Assembly: GCA_046594095.1 (NCBI GenBank)
Contig: JBKJQK010000042.1
Coordinates: 1 to 37,044 of the forward strand
Direction of reading: 5' to 3'
Source: Anaerolineae bacterium
GTDB lineage: Bacteria > Chloroflexota > Anaerolineae > J036 > Brachytrichaceae
DNA length: 37,044 bases
Part shown: positions 20,271 to 27,824 of the stretch, one piece after another
How the letters are laid out: every line of letters starts with the position of its first letter
How positions within the stretch are numbered: the first letter of the stretch is position 1
The notes under the pieces: generated by a model
What the model was told of the DNA's origin: nothing
The model's database searches: none
What the model saw: the letters and a program-made list of their open reading frames with translations, nothing else
Translations under genes and position numbers: made by a program

Positions 20271-22508
20271 ATGGATTGCGCTGATTGCGCGCGAGCCATC
20301 GAAGCCGGCGTGGCGAAGCTCGACGGCGTGAGCGCGTGCGCGCTGAACTACGCGGCCGGCATCCTCAAGGTCCAGGGCGCGATCCCGCGCGAGACCGTCA
20401 TCGGCCGCGTCCGCGCGCTGGGTTATGGCGTCCAAGAGACGCGCGATGATGCGCCCGCCCGCCTGCCGTTTCTGAATGGATTGCCCGCCACGGGCGCGGC
20501 CGGCTTTCTGCGTTTCCTCCTCTCCCGCCGTACGACGGCCCTGGCCCTGTTGGGAGCGCTGTTGATTCTGCCCGGACTGCTCTTCAACGAGCTCCTGCCG
20601 ATGCTGGACCTTCGGTCGGTCGTTTTTGACGTCACCTCGCTCGGCGCGTTGCTGGCCGCCGGGTTGCCCATCGCCCGGAGCGCGTGGCGGGCGCTGCGGA
20701 TCAACCGCCGGATCAGCATCAACCTGCTGATGACGATCGCCGCGATCGGCGCAGTTGCCATCGGCGCGACCACCGAGGCCGGTCTGGTGATGGTCCTGTT
20801 TGCCATCGGCGAGGCACTCGAGGGCTATACGATGGAGCGCGCCCGGGATTCCATCCGCAGCCTGATGCGGGTCGCGCCCAATGAGGCGACCGCGCTCCGG
20901 CCGCGCATGAACTGCCGGGAACATCTTGGCCAGAACGGTTATGCGGGCGGACCGTGCCCGGTGTGCGGGCCCGAAGAGACCCGGGTGTTTGTCGACGAGC
21001 TCGCCATCGGCGAGACCATCGTCGTCAAACCGGGCGAGCGCGTCGCCATGGATGGCCTTATTCTTGAGGGCGCATCGAGCGTAAATCAGGCCCCGATCAC
21101 GGGCGAGAGCCTGCCGGTGGATAAGACGGTTGGCGCGGAGGTGTTCGCGGGTTCGATCAACGGCGAGGGCGCGCTCGTCGTCAAGGTGACCCATCGGGCG
21201 CAGGACAACACCATCAGTCGCGTCATTGCCATGGTCGAGCAGGCCCAGGACAAGAAGGCGCCCGCCGAGCGCTTTGTCGACCAGTTTGCGAAGTACTACA
21301 CGCCGGCCGTCGTCGGCGTCGCCGTGCTGGTCGCGCTCGTTCCGCCGCTGATCTTCGGCGCGCCGTTTCTCGGACCGCAGGGCTGGTTGTATCGGGCCCT
21401 CGAGTTGCTGGTCGTGGCCTGCCCCTGCGCGCTCGTCATCAGCACCCCGGTTGCCCTGATCAGCGCGATCAGCAATGCGGCTCGCAATGGCGTGCTGGTA
21501 AAGGGCGGCGCCTCGCTCGAGGCGCTCAGCCGGGTCCGGACTGTTGCGCTGGACAAGACCGGGACCCTGACCGAGGGCCAGCCGCGGGTGGTCAAGGCCC
21601 AGGCCCTCGATTGTGTGAACCTGGTTGGAAACTGCGACCGTTGTGATGATCTGCTCGCCCTGGCCAGCGCCGTCGAGCGGCGCAGCGAGCATCCTCTGGC
21701 GAAGGCGATCGTCGATGCGGCCGACGCGCGCGGCGTCCGCAATCGGTATGCCGCCGCCGATACGGTCACCGCGATCACGGGCCGGGGCGTGACGGGCGAG
21801 GTGGACGGGCGGGCTGTGCTGATCGGCAGCCACGCCTATTTTGACGACGTGCTGCCGCACGAGACGGCGCTGTGCGGCGAGATCGACGCGGCGTCGGCGC
21901 TCGGGCATACCCCCATGCTCGTCGGCGAGAACGGCCGCCTGCGCGGTTACATCACCCTCGCCGACACAGTCCGCGACTCCTCGCGCGAAGCGCTCGCGCG
22001 CCTGGCCGCTGACGGGATCGCCACCATCATGCTGACCGGCGACAACGCCGCGACCGCGAGCGCGATTGCCCGGGATGTCGGGGTGTCCGATGTGCGGGCC
22101 GGGCTTCTGCCCGGGCAAAAGGCGGACGCGATCAAGGCGCTTCTGAGCACTCACCGTTGGGTGGCGATGGTGGGCGATGGCGTCAACGACGCGCCGGCGC
22201 TGGCCACGGCGACGGTCGGGATTGCGATGGGCGCGGGGTCGGGCCAGGCGCTCGAGACCGCCGATGTCGCGCTGATGGCCAATGACCTGCGCAGGGTTCC
22301 CTACGCGCTGCGCCTGGCCCGCGCCGCGATGGGGACGATCCGCGGGAACATCGCGTTCGCCATTGGGATCAAGCTGGTGTTCCTGGCCCTGGTGCTGATG
22401 GGACTGGGAACGTTGTGGATGGCCGTGTTTGCCGATGTCGGCGCGTCGTTGATCGTGACCTTGAATGGGATGCGCTTGCTGGGGTGGCGGGATAAGCCGG
22501 CTACTTGA
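20271..22508 (+). CDS. zntA: Heavy-metal-translocating P1B-2-type ATPase (Zn/Cd/Pb class)
   Basis: HMA motif (G)MDCADCA, TM CPC motif VVACPCALVISTP, DKTGTLT, HPLA, GDGVNDAPAL, TM Lys (IGIKLVFL) and TM Asp (FADVGASLIVTLNGMRLL) as in ZntA/CadA. The start codon is problematic (see findings). Confidence 0.9.
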   Translation: MDCADCARAIEAGVAKLDGVSACALNYAAGILKVQGAIPRETVIGRVRALGYGVQETRDDAPARLPFLNGLPATGAAGFLRFLLSRRTTALALLGALLILPGLLFNELLPMLDLRSVVFDVTSLGALLAAGLPIARSAWRALRINRRISINLLMTIAAIGAVAIGATTEAGLVMVLFAIGEALEGYTMERARDSIRSLMRVAPNEATALRPRMNCREHLGQNGYAGGPCPVCGPEETRVFVDELAIGETIVVKPGERVAMDGLILEGASSVNQAPITGESLPVDKTVGAEVFAGSINGEGALVVKVTHRAQDNTISRVIAMVEQAQDKKAPAERFVDQFAKYYTPAVVGVAVLVALVPPLIFGAPFLGPQGWLYRALELLVVACPCALVISTPVALISAISNAARNGVLVKGGASLEALSRVRTVALDKTGTLTEGQPRVVKAQALDCVNLVGNCDRCDDLLALASAVERRSEHPLAKAIVDAADARGVRNRYAAADTVTAITGRGVTGEVDGRAVLIGSHAYFDDVLPHETALCGEIDAASALGHTPMLVGENGRLRGYITLADTVRDSSREALARLAADGIATIMLTGDNAATASAIARDVGVSDVRAGLLPGQKADAIKALLSTHRWVAMVGDGVNDAPALATATVGIAMGAGSGQALETADVALMANDLRRVPYALRLARAAMGTIRGNIAFAIGIKLVFLALVLMGLGTLWMAVFADVGASLIVTLNGMRLLGWRDKPAT

Positions 22509-23730
22509 TCAGCAAGCCGGTCAGCCAAAGAATCAGCATGCCCGCGGTTACGCCCGCGAACTGCGTGAGTGGCGAAGGCGCGTTGGCATTGTTCTTTTGC
22601 AGCATCCTGAAGAGCTGAAAAACGACGACAAAGACGGCGCCCGCGCCCACCGAAAGAAACAAGACCGCCAGCGGCTGTGAATAGCTCAGCCCGCCGATCC
22701 AGGCTCCCGCGATGGCGGGCCCACCGCCGATCAAGCCCATCAGGCCGAGATCGGAGAGCCTGAGCGGGTCGCCCGCGATGGGCGTGACGATCGCCAGCCC
22801 TTCGGTGATGTTTTGGATGATGAACCCGACCACGAGAAAAGTTCCAAGTGACGCCGCGCCCACGGCGAACGACGCGCCGATGGCGAGTCCTTCGCCAAAG
22901 TTGTGCAGGCCAATGCCAATCGCGATCATGAATGCGAGCGAGACGCGCGTCCGGGCAGGGTCAGGGGCAGTTGCGCTCCCGCCGCGGGGGGACGCCTGGC
23001 GCTGCGAGATGGCCTGCAGCAGCATGAACGTCGCAACGATCCCGATCCCGACGATGCCAATCCCCTGGAAGGCGCCCCCGAGTCCGTTGGCCAACTCCAA
23101 TGCCTCGCTCGCCGCGTCAATTCCGAGGAAGATCAACAATCCGATTGTCACGGCGGTAAAGAACACCATCCACCGCCGCGACATTCGGCGCAGGACAGGC
23201 AGCCACAACATGCCGAGCACAATCGGGATGACACCCACATACAGGCCGATCAGGGTGAAACTCAACAGGGTTCTGACATCGGCTGCGCGGGTTTCGGCCG
23301 CCACCGCGATCGAGGCGTCGAAGGCGATCGCGCTGGATGAGATCAGCCGGATGGCGTAGGCCTCCCCTTCAACCCACGGGTAGTCGAGCCTGATCGTTGC
23401 GCTTCCCAGCCGGGGGATTGAAGGCCCGGGGGTTGCCGCAAACGCCCAGTACGAATCGTTGATGATGACCTGGGCAATGGCGACGGTCTGCGGGCTGACG
23501 TTGCGCAAGTGCAGTTCGATCGTGCCGGGTTTGAGTGTCGCGCGCTCAAACTGAAGCGCCTCAATGGGGGCGGCGGGCTTGGCGCTGAGGCCGGCGCCAT
23601 CGGTGCGGACAAAGACCGCGATGACGACCGCCAGAAGGAGAATCGGCAGGGCGAACAGCAGAATTGTGCGGCCAGGGCCGGGCCTCGACGCGGTGACCGG
23701 ACTTGATCCCACAGGCGTGGTCTGGGTCAT
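22501..23730 (-). CDS. ZIP-family divalent metal permease with ~150-aa N-terminal extension (TM + extracytoplasmic beta-rich domain)
   Basis: ZIP signature IGIGLHNFGEGLAIG and about 8 hydrophobic helices in the C-terminal ~260 aa. The N-terminal helix LLFALPILLLAVVIAVF is followed by a soluble segment. Its 3' end overlaps the convergent ATPase gene by 8 nt. Confidence 0.8.
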   Translation of the reverse strand: MTQTTPVGSSPVTASRPGPGRTILLFALPILLLAVVIAVFVRTDGAGLSAKPAAPIEALQFERATLKPGTIELHLRNVSPQTVAIAQVIINDSYWAFAATPGPSIPRLGSATIRLDYPWVEGEAYAIRLISSSAIAFDASIAVAAETRAADVRTLLSFTLIGLYVGVIPIVLGMLWLPVLRRMSRRWMVFFTAVTIGLLIFLGIDAASEALELANGLGGAFQGIGIVGIGIVATFMLLQAISQRQASPRGGSATAPDPARTRVSLAFMIAIGIGLHNFGEGLAIGASFAVGAASLGTFLVVGFIIQNITEGLAIVTPIAGDPLRLSDLGLMGLIGGGPAIAGAWIGGLSYSQPLAVLFLSVGAGAVFVVVFQLFRMLQKNNANAPSPLTQFAGVTAGMLILWLTGLLIK

Positions 23731-23733
23731 GAT

Positions 23734-24795
23734 CTATGCCTCCACTTCAAATTGCCCAACCCAGCCCAGCTCGGCGAACTCGGTTTTGTGCGCGTGAAAG
23801 AGGTAGCGGCCCGGGTGTTTGTAGCGAAATTCCAAAATTCCGCGCTGGCCCTGGCCCTGAATGATGGTGTCGGTGAGCTCGCTCGGTGTCAGGCTCGTGC
23901 CGGTCGGAAAGTAGTGGAAGAAGTTCGCGTGCACGTGGAAGGAATTGAGCATGTCGTATTCGAGGATGTTCACCAGGAAAATCCTGTTCAACGCGCCGGC
24001 CTTGATCTTGATTGGATTGCGGTCGTAGTGAAAGGGGATCGTGTTGACGCAATAGATTTCGTTCTTGCCGTCAAAGTCAATATCAAACCCGGCCATCACC
24101 ATGACCATTTCCCTGTCCGCTTTGTTCACGTAACCCGCTTTTGGATCAATGATGAAGGCGCCGTACAGGCCCTTTGCAATGTGCGAAGCAAGCGGCAGCA
24201 CATGGCAGTGATAGAGATGCAGCCCAAACGGTTCGGCGTCAAACTCGTAGATGAAAGTGCCGCCCGGGTTGACCGGCGTTGCGCCGTCCATCTCGGCGGT
24301 ATGAAAGCCGTGAAAGTGAATCGAGTGGGCATGATCGCTGCCGTTGATGAAGGTGACTTTGACCCGGTCACCCTCCGTGCAGCGAATCGTCGGCCCGGGC
24401 ACGCGGCCGTTATAGGTCCAGGCCGGATACTGAATTCCCGGAGCGACTTCGATCATCTTATTCTGGGCCACGATGGTGTACTCGCGCAAGGTCTGCCCAT
24501 TTGCGAGCTGACTGACTTTGCCAAAGTCAAAATCCCCCAGCAGATCGGTCGGGTTGAAACCGTTGGCATCGTGGTCCACCTCCCCGACCATGCCCGCGCC
24601 CGAATGCCCGCCATGCGCGCCGCCCGACGGTGGCGGGAGCGGCTGCTGGTGCGGCTGGCCGGTTCCATGCGGGGAGGACCCGGACGCCGCAAGCCCGCCT
24701 CGCGCGCCCTCGCCAAACGCGGCAAAGCCGGTGGCAAGCGCGCCTGTGCCGAGCGCCCCCAGCAATAGGCGTCGCGAAATCGTTCTCTTGGTCAT
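23734..24795 (-). CDS. Tat-exported two-domain multicopper oxidase, NirK-like fold
   Basis: Twin-arginine signal MTKRTISRRLLLGALGTG. Cu-ligand motifs HSIHFHG, YHCHVLPLASHIAKGL, SFHVHANF, LFHAHKTEFAELG. His/Gly/Pro-rich linker after the signal. Stops 3 nt before the ZIP start. Start set at ATG 24795 rather than 24900. Confidence 0.8.
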   Translation of the reverse strand: MTKRTISRRLLLGALGTGALATGFAAFGEGARGGLAASGSSPHGTGQPHQQPLPPPSGGAHGGHSGAGMVGEVDHDANGFNPTDLLGDFDFGKVSQLANGQTLREYTIVAQNKMIEVAPGIQYPAWTYNGRVPGPTIRCTEGDRVKVTFINGSDHAHSIHFHGFHTAEMDGATPVNPGGTFIYEFDAEPFGLHLYHCHVLPLASHIAKGLYGAFIIDPKAGYVNKADREMVMVMAGFDIDFDGKNEIYCVNTIPFHYDRNPIKIKAGALNRIFLVNILEYDMLNSFHVHANFFHYFPTGTSLTPSELTDTIIQGQGQRGILEFRYKHPGRYLFHAHKTEFAELGWVGQFEVEA

Positions 24796-24905
24796 CTTGT
24801 CGAACCCCCCTTGGCGCCACGACCCACCTCGTGACTGCCCAAATACCTCGCGAAAGGGTGTGCCCCGCCTCAGACCGGGCCGATGAATTCCTGGACACAC
24901 TCCGG

Positions 24906-24921
24906 TTTAGGGTTGCCTAAA
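24906..24921 (-). promoter_or_regulatory. Operator palindrome 2, TTTAGG-N4-CCTAAA, over the predicted transcription start
   Basis: Plus-strand TTTAGGGTTGCCTAAA. Same half sites as operator 1, with centres exactly 30 bp apart. Confidence 0.55.
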
Positions 24922-24928
24922 CAGCGCC

Positions 24929-24957
24929 ATCTTAATTTAGGTATCCCTAAATGTCAA
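24929..24957 (-). promoter_or_regulatory. sigma70-type promoter TTGACA-N17-TAAGAT of the MCO-ZIP operon
   Basis: The minus strand reads CGC-TTGACA-TTTAGGGATACCTAAAT-TAAGAT-GGCGCTG-TTTAGGCAACCCTAAA. The -35 is 6/6 (24952-24957), the spacer is 17 nt, and the -10 is 4/6 (24929-24934). It lies about 130 nt upstream of ATG 24795. Confidence 0.55.
24936..24951 (-). promoter_or_regulatory. Operator palindrome 1, TTTAGG-N4-CCTAAA, filling the -35/-10 spacer
   Basis: Perfect 6-bp half sites TTTAGG / CCTAAA separated by 4 bp (plus-strand TTTAGGTATCCCTAAA). Confidence 0.55.
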
Positions 24958-25045
24958 GCGGGGATTGGACATTCGCCATGACTCCTGCAAAGTCGTCAAT
25001 TTCCGGTCGGCACGATGCTGCGGCGACCTCAAGAGACAGTATGGG

Positions 25046-25103
25046 CTAAGAAATCAACAGAAAAAGGGGAGAAAGGGAGGGTAATTGCCTTCTCCCTTTC
25101 TCC
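25046..25103 (-). terminator. Rho-independent terminator (minus strand)
   Basis: The minus strand reads GGAGAAAGGGAG-AAGGCAATTACC-CTCCCTTTCTCC followed by CCTTTTTCTGTTGATTTCTT. This is a 12-bp perfect stem (25068-25079 / 25092-25103) with a U-rich tail. Confidence 0.6.
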
Positions 25104-25309
25104 TGCAAATCGCTGAAAACCGACGGCGATCAAGCGGATCGCAGACATCACGGATTCTGTCAAGGGACTTTGCAGGAGCCATGGGACATTCGCCCATTTC
25201 CGAATCGAGAAGCCCGCCCGCATTTGTTGCGCGGTAAAGGCGGCCACGAGGATGCGCAAGCATGGATCGCTCGGGCGAGCCGCCCGCGCTCCCGACGCGA
25301 ACCACGTTG

Positions 25310-25897
25310 TCATGCCTGCCCTTTCGGCCGGGGCGGTTTGAAACTCAGTTTGACTCCCCACGCGGTTGCGTATTTCTTGCGGTACTTGGGGTCGGTTTCG
25401 ATCTCGATCAGCGCGAGCGCCCGATCTCGGATCGCATCATCCTTCGCCGCGTCGTGGAGCTGGCGCAGGCCGACCTGGATGTCGTAGCGGATAAGGGTGC
25501 AGTTTCTCTCGACCGCGCAGTCACGGAAGCGCCTGGCCAGACTGTCGACCACCATCTTTTGCTGCTTCGCGCCAGCGGCGCCCACCTTCCAAATCGATTG
25601 CAGCGTATGTCGGGCAGTGACGAAGCGCTCGTCCCGGGTGGCGGCCAGGAGCTGCGGAAAGTCCGTGACCATCCGGCCCTTTGGGTCGCTTTTGGCCAGG
25701 TTGCTGAGTAACTGCCCGGCGATGGCGCGGATATGATTGTTCTCGTCCTTCAGATGCGCGAGGGCCTCATCCCAGACCTCGTAGGCCCATCCGACCTTTT
25801 CGTCGGTGATCGCAATGACGGTCATGAAGGCCCGATATCGAGCGTCGGGATCCGTCGAATACAGATCGTCGAATAATCTGCGGGTGGCACTGTCCAT
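25310..25897 (-). CDS. All-helical HEAT/ARM-like repeat protein, function unknown (195 aa)
   Basis: GGAGG lies 5 nt upstream of ATG 25897 (MDSATRRLFDDLYSTDPDARYRAF...). Repeated helix-turn-helix segments with ...IRAIAGQLLSNLAK... resemble HEAT repeats. Assignment is tentative. Confidence 0.6.
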   Translation of the reverse strand: MDSATRRLFDDLYSTDPDARYRAFMTVIAITDEKVGWAYEVWDEALAHLKDENNHIRAIAGQLLSNLAKSDPKGRMVTDFPQLLAATRDERFVTARHTLQSIWKVGAAGAKQQKMVVDSLARRFRDCAVERNCTLIRYDIQVGLRQLHDAAKDDAIRDRALALIEIETDPKYRKKYATAWGVKLSFKPPRPKGQA

Positions 25898-25926
25898 GGA
25901 AACCTCCGGCGGCATTTTCCTGTGAA

Positions 25927-26328
25927 TCACACAGGCGGTCTACCTAATTCAGGACGATTTGTGAAGTACTTTACGCCGTCGATGGCGCCGAAGTGCTCAT
26001 CCTGGGTCCACAACACCGCTTTGTGAAGCTGCGCGGTCGCAAGGATCAGGCAGTCCGCCATCGCCAGCTTGCGCACGAGCGATATCCGCGCGGCATCAAG
26101 CGCGATCTCGCGATCAAGCGCGACCACCGTTCCCAGCGACATGAAGCCGACAAAGCGCAGAGCGTCTTCTTCGCCGGCCTGGGCCAGTAGGCGCTTGAAG
26201 ACCTCGAAGACGCAGATCACCGGAACGATGAGCCGATCAGTCGCCTGAATTGGAGGCGCAAAGAAGCGCGCGTTCGGTCCGCCGGCAAAATACTCGAGCC
26301 AGCCCGAGGAATCGACGACGTTCTTCAT
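25927..26328 (-). CDS. vapC: PIN-domain toxin VapC
   Basis: Acidic PIN residues in VVDSSGW, CVFEVF, MADCLILATA, WTQDEHF. 133 aa. ATGA overlap with the upstream antitoxin gene. Confidence 0.85.
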   Translation of the reverse strand: MKNVVDSSGWLEYFAGGPNARFFAPPIQATDRLIVPVICVFEVFKRLLAQAGEEDALRFVGFMSLGTVVALDREIALDAARISLVRKLAMADCLILATAQLHKAVLWTQDEHFGAIDGVKYFTNRPELGRPPV

Positions 26329-26537
26329 CGGCGTTCATCGGCCTCCTCACGCTCGACATCGGTGTTCAGCCCTTTCAGCAAGCCCCGCGCCTTTTCGATT
26401 GGGGGCACGACGACCACCCTCAACGTGAGATTGTACGGAATGAACATGATCTTCTGGCCAGCCTTCAAGTTGAAGCGTTCGCGAATCTCGCGCGGGATCA
26501 CGACCTGAAATTTGGAGGAAATTGTGGCGGCATGCAT
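26325..26537 (-). CDS. vapB: AbrB/SpoVT/MazE-fold antitoxin VapB
   Basis: 70 aa. N-terminal swapped-hairpin motif SSKFQVVIPREIRERFNLKAGQKIMF. Acidic C-terminal tail. 4-nt overlap with vapC. Confidence 0.8.
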   Translation of the reverse strand: MHAATISSKFQVVIPREIRERFNLKAGQKIMFIPYNLTLRVVVVPPIEKARGLLKGLNTDVEREEADERR

Positions 26538-26630
26538 GCTTTACGCTTACTTATCGATCTGAATTGGTAAAGAAAGCTTACCAGAGCGGGCCGTCAGTGG
26601 GCAGACCCGCAAGGCGGCCGCGAGTGCCCT

Positions 26631-27824
26631 TCAGCCGCCGGCCGGCTGGCGTGAGCCGTCCAAAAAGACCGGTCTCCTCGACGACGCCAACCGCTCGAGC
26701 AGCGCGACCGCATGCGTCGGGCCGGGCAGCGCCGCGATTTTGTCGCGCATGCTTTCGGCCGCGCCCCGGCAGCCCGGATCGGCCAGAACGGCCGCCACTG
26801 CATCGCGGATCATGCCCGGGGTCGCCGCCACAGGATCCAGCGCCAGCCCAAGACCGAGTTCCACACACCGGGCGGCATTGTCGGGTTGATCGGCCCCCAT
26901 CGGGATGATCACCATGGGCCGGCCATGCGCGAGCGCGCCCAGCACGCTGCCCGACCCGCCATGCGCGACGACCAGATCGCAGCGGGGCAGAACCACCGCC
27001 TGAGGGATGTATTGGGCGACGACGACATGGCCGGGCTGCGGACCAAATTCTGCCGGGTCAATTTCGCGCCCGACCGTGGCGATCACGTTCACCGGCAATT
27101 TGCGCAGGCCGGCCAGCGCACGCGAGAAGAGGTCGCCTGACTCGAGGTTGAAAACAGTCCCCAACGTGAGATATACGGTTGGCGCGCTGGGAATTGGCTG
27201 GAGGCCGCCGAGCGCGCCATCATCCGAAGACCGGGGCAGTTCAAGATGGATGCTGTGCCCGGTGGGGGGCAGGGGGTGGGCTGGGTCACGAAAGCCGGGC
27301 GGAAACGGGCACAACACAAGATATCGGCGGAGCATTTCGAGCTCGAGGTCCAGCGGGAGCGCATGCCTGGCCCAGAGCGCGCTCAACGTCGGACCGACCG
27401 CGCTGGCGCCCACAAAGGCGCCGGCCGCCATGACCAGGACGCTGGCATACAGCAGGCCGAGCCGTTCCGCCGCGAGCATGGCTCCGAAATCGGTTTCGTC
27501 GCAGACGATGACATCCGGCCGCCACGCCTCACACAGCGCCAGGGTCAGGGGCACCCGATCCCGCGCCGCGCGACCGGCGAAGCGGTCCCGAAATTCTTGC
27601 TGCTCGCGGGCGGCGTCGAGCGGGCGGAGCGGCGCGCGAGCCGGCCCGCTTGACGCGCGGTCTCCCATTGGCGTCACGTCGAAGCCGGCCGCCCCGACGA
27701 TGGATGCCATCGACGGTCCGCATCCGAAAACGACCGCATGGCCGGCCGCCCTGGCCGCGCGGGCGACCGGGACGAGCGGCTCAAAGTGGCCGCTGCCGCC
27801 GACGAAGGTGAAGAGGATGCGCAT
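26631..27824 (-). CDS. GT1-family (GT-B fold, MGT/UDP-glycosyltransferase-like) glycosyltransferase
   Basis: MRILFTFVGGSGHFEPLVPVARAARAAGHAV at the N-terminus. C-terminal donor-binding region VVAHGGSGSVLGALAHGRPMVIIPMGADQPDNA. Start set at ATG 27824. Confidence 0.8.
   Translation of the reverse strand: MRILFTFVGGSGHFEPLVPVARAARAAGHAVVFGCGPSMASIVGAAGFDVTPMGDRASSGPARAPLRPLDAAREQQEFRDRFAGRAARDRVPLTLALCEAWRPDVIVCDETDFGAMLAAERLGLLYASVLVMAAGAFVGASAVGPTLSALWARHALPLDLELEMLRRYLVLCPFPPGFRDPAHPLPPTGHSIHLELPRSSDDGALGGLQPIPSAPTVYLTLGTVFNLESGDLFSRALAGLRKLPVNVIATVGREIDPAEFGPQPGHVVVAQYIPQAVVLPRCDLVVAHGGSGSVLGALAHGRPMVIIPMGADQPDNAARCVELGLGLALDPVAATPGMIRDAVAAVLADPGCRGAAESMRDKIAALPGPTHAVALLERLASSRRPVFLDGSRQPAGG

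Noticed and set aside
20196-22154. 652-aa minus-strand ORF opposite the P-type ATPase
   Set aside because: It is antisense to a gene with all the P1B ATPase signature motifs. The translation is R/D/G/A-rich with no domain signature.
25054-25305. 83-aa minus-strand ORF (GTG start) between the HEAT-like gene and the terminator. Also 25029..25361 (-) and 25170..25487 (+).
   Set aside because: Third-position GC is only about half, well below that of neighbouring genes. The ORF runs through the terminator stem. There are no motifs. The region is treated as non-coding.
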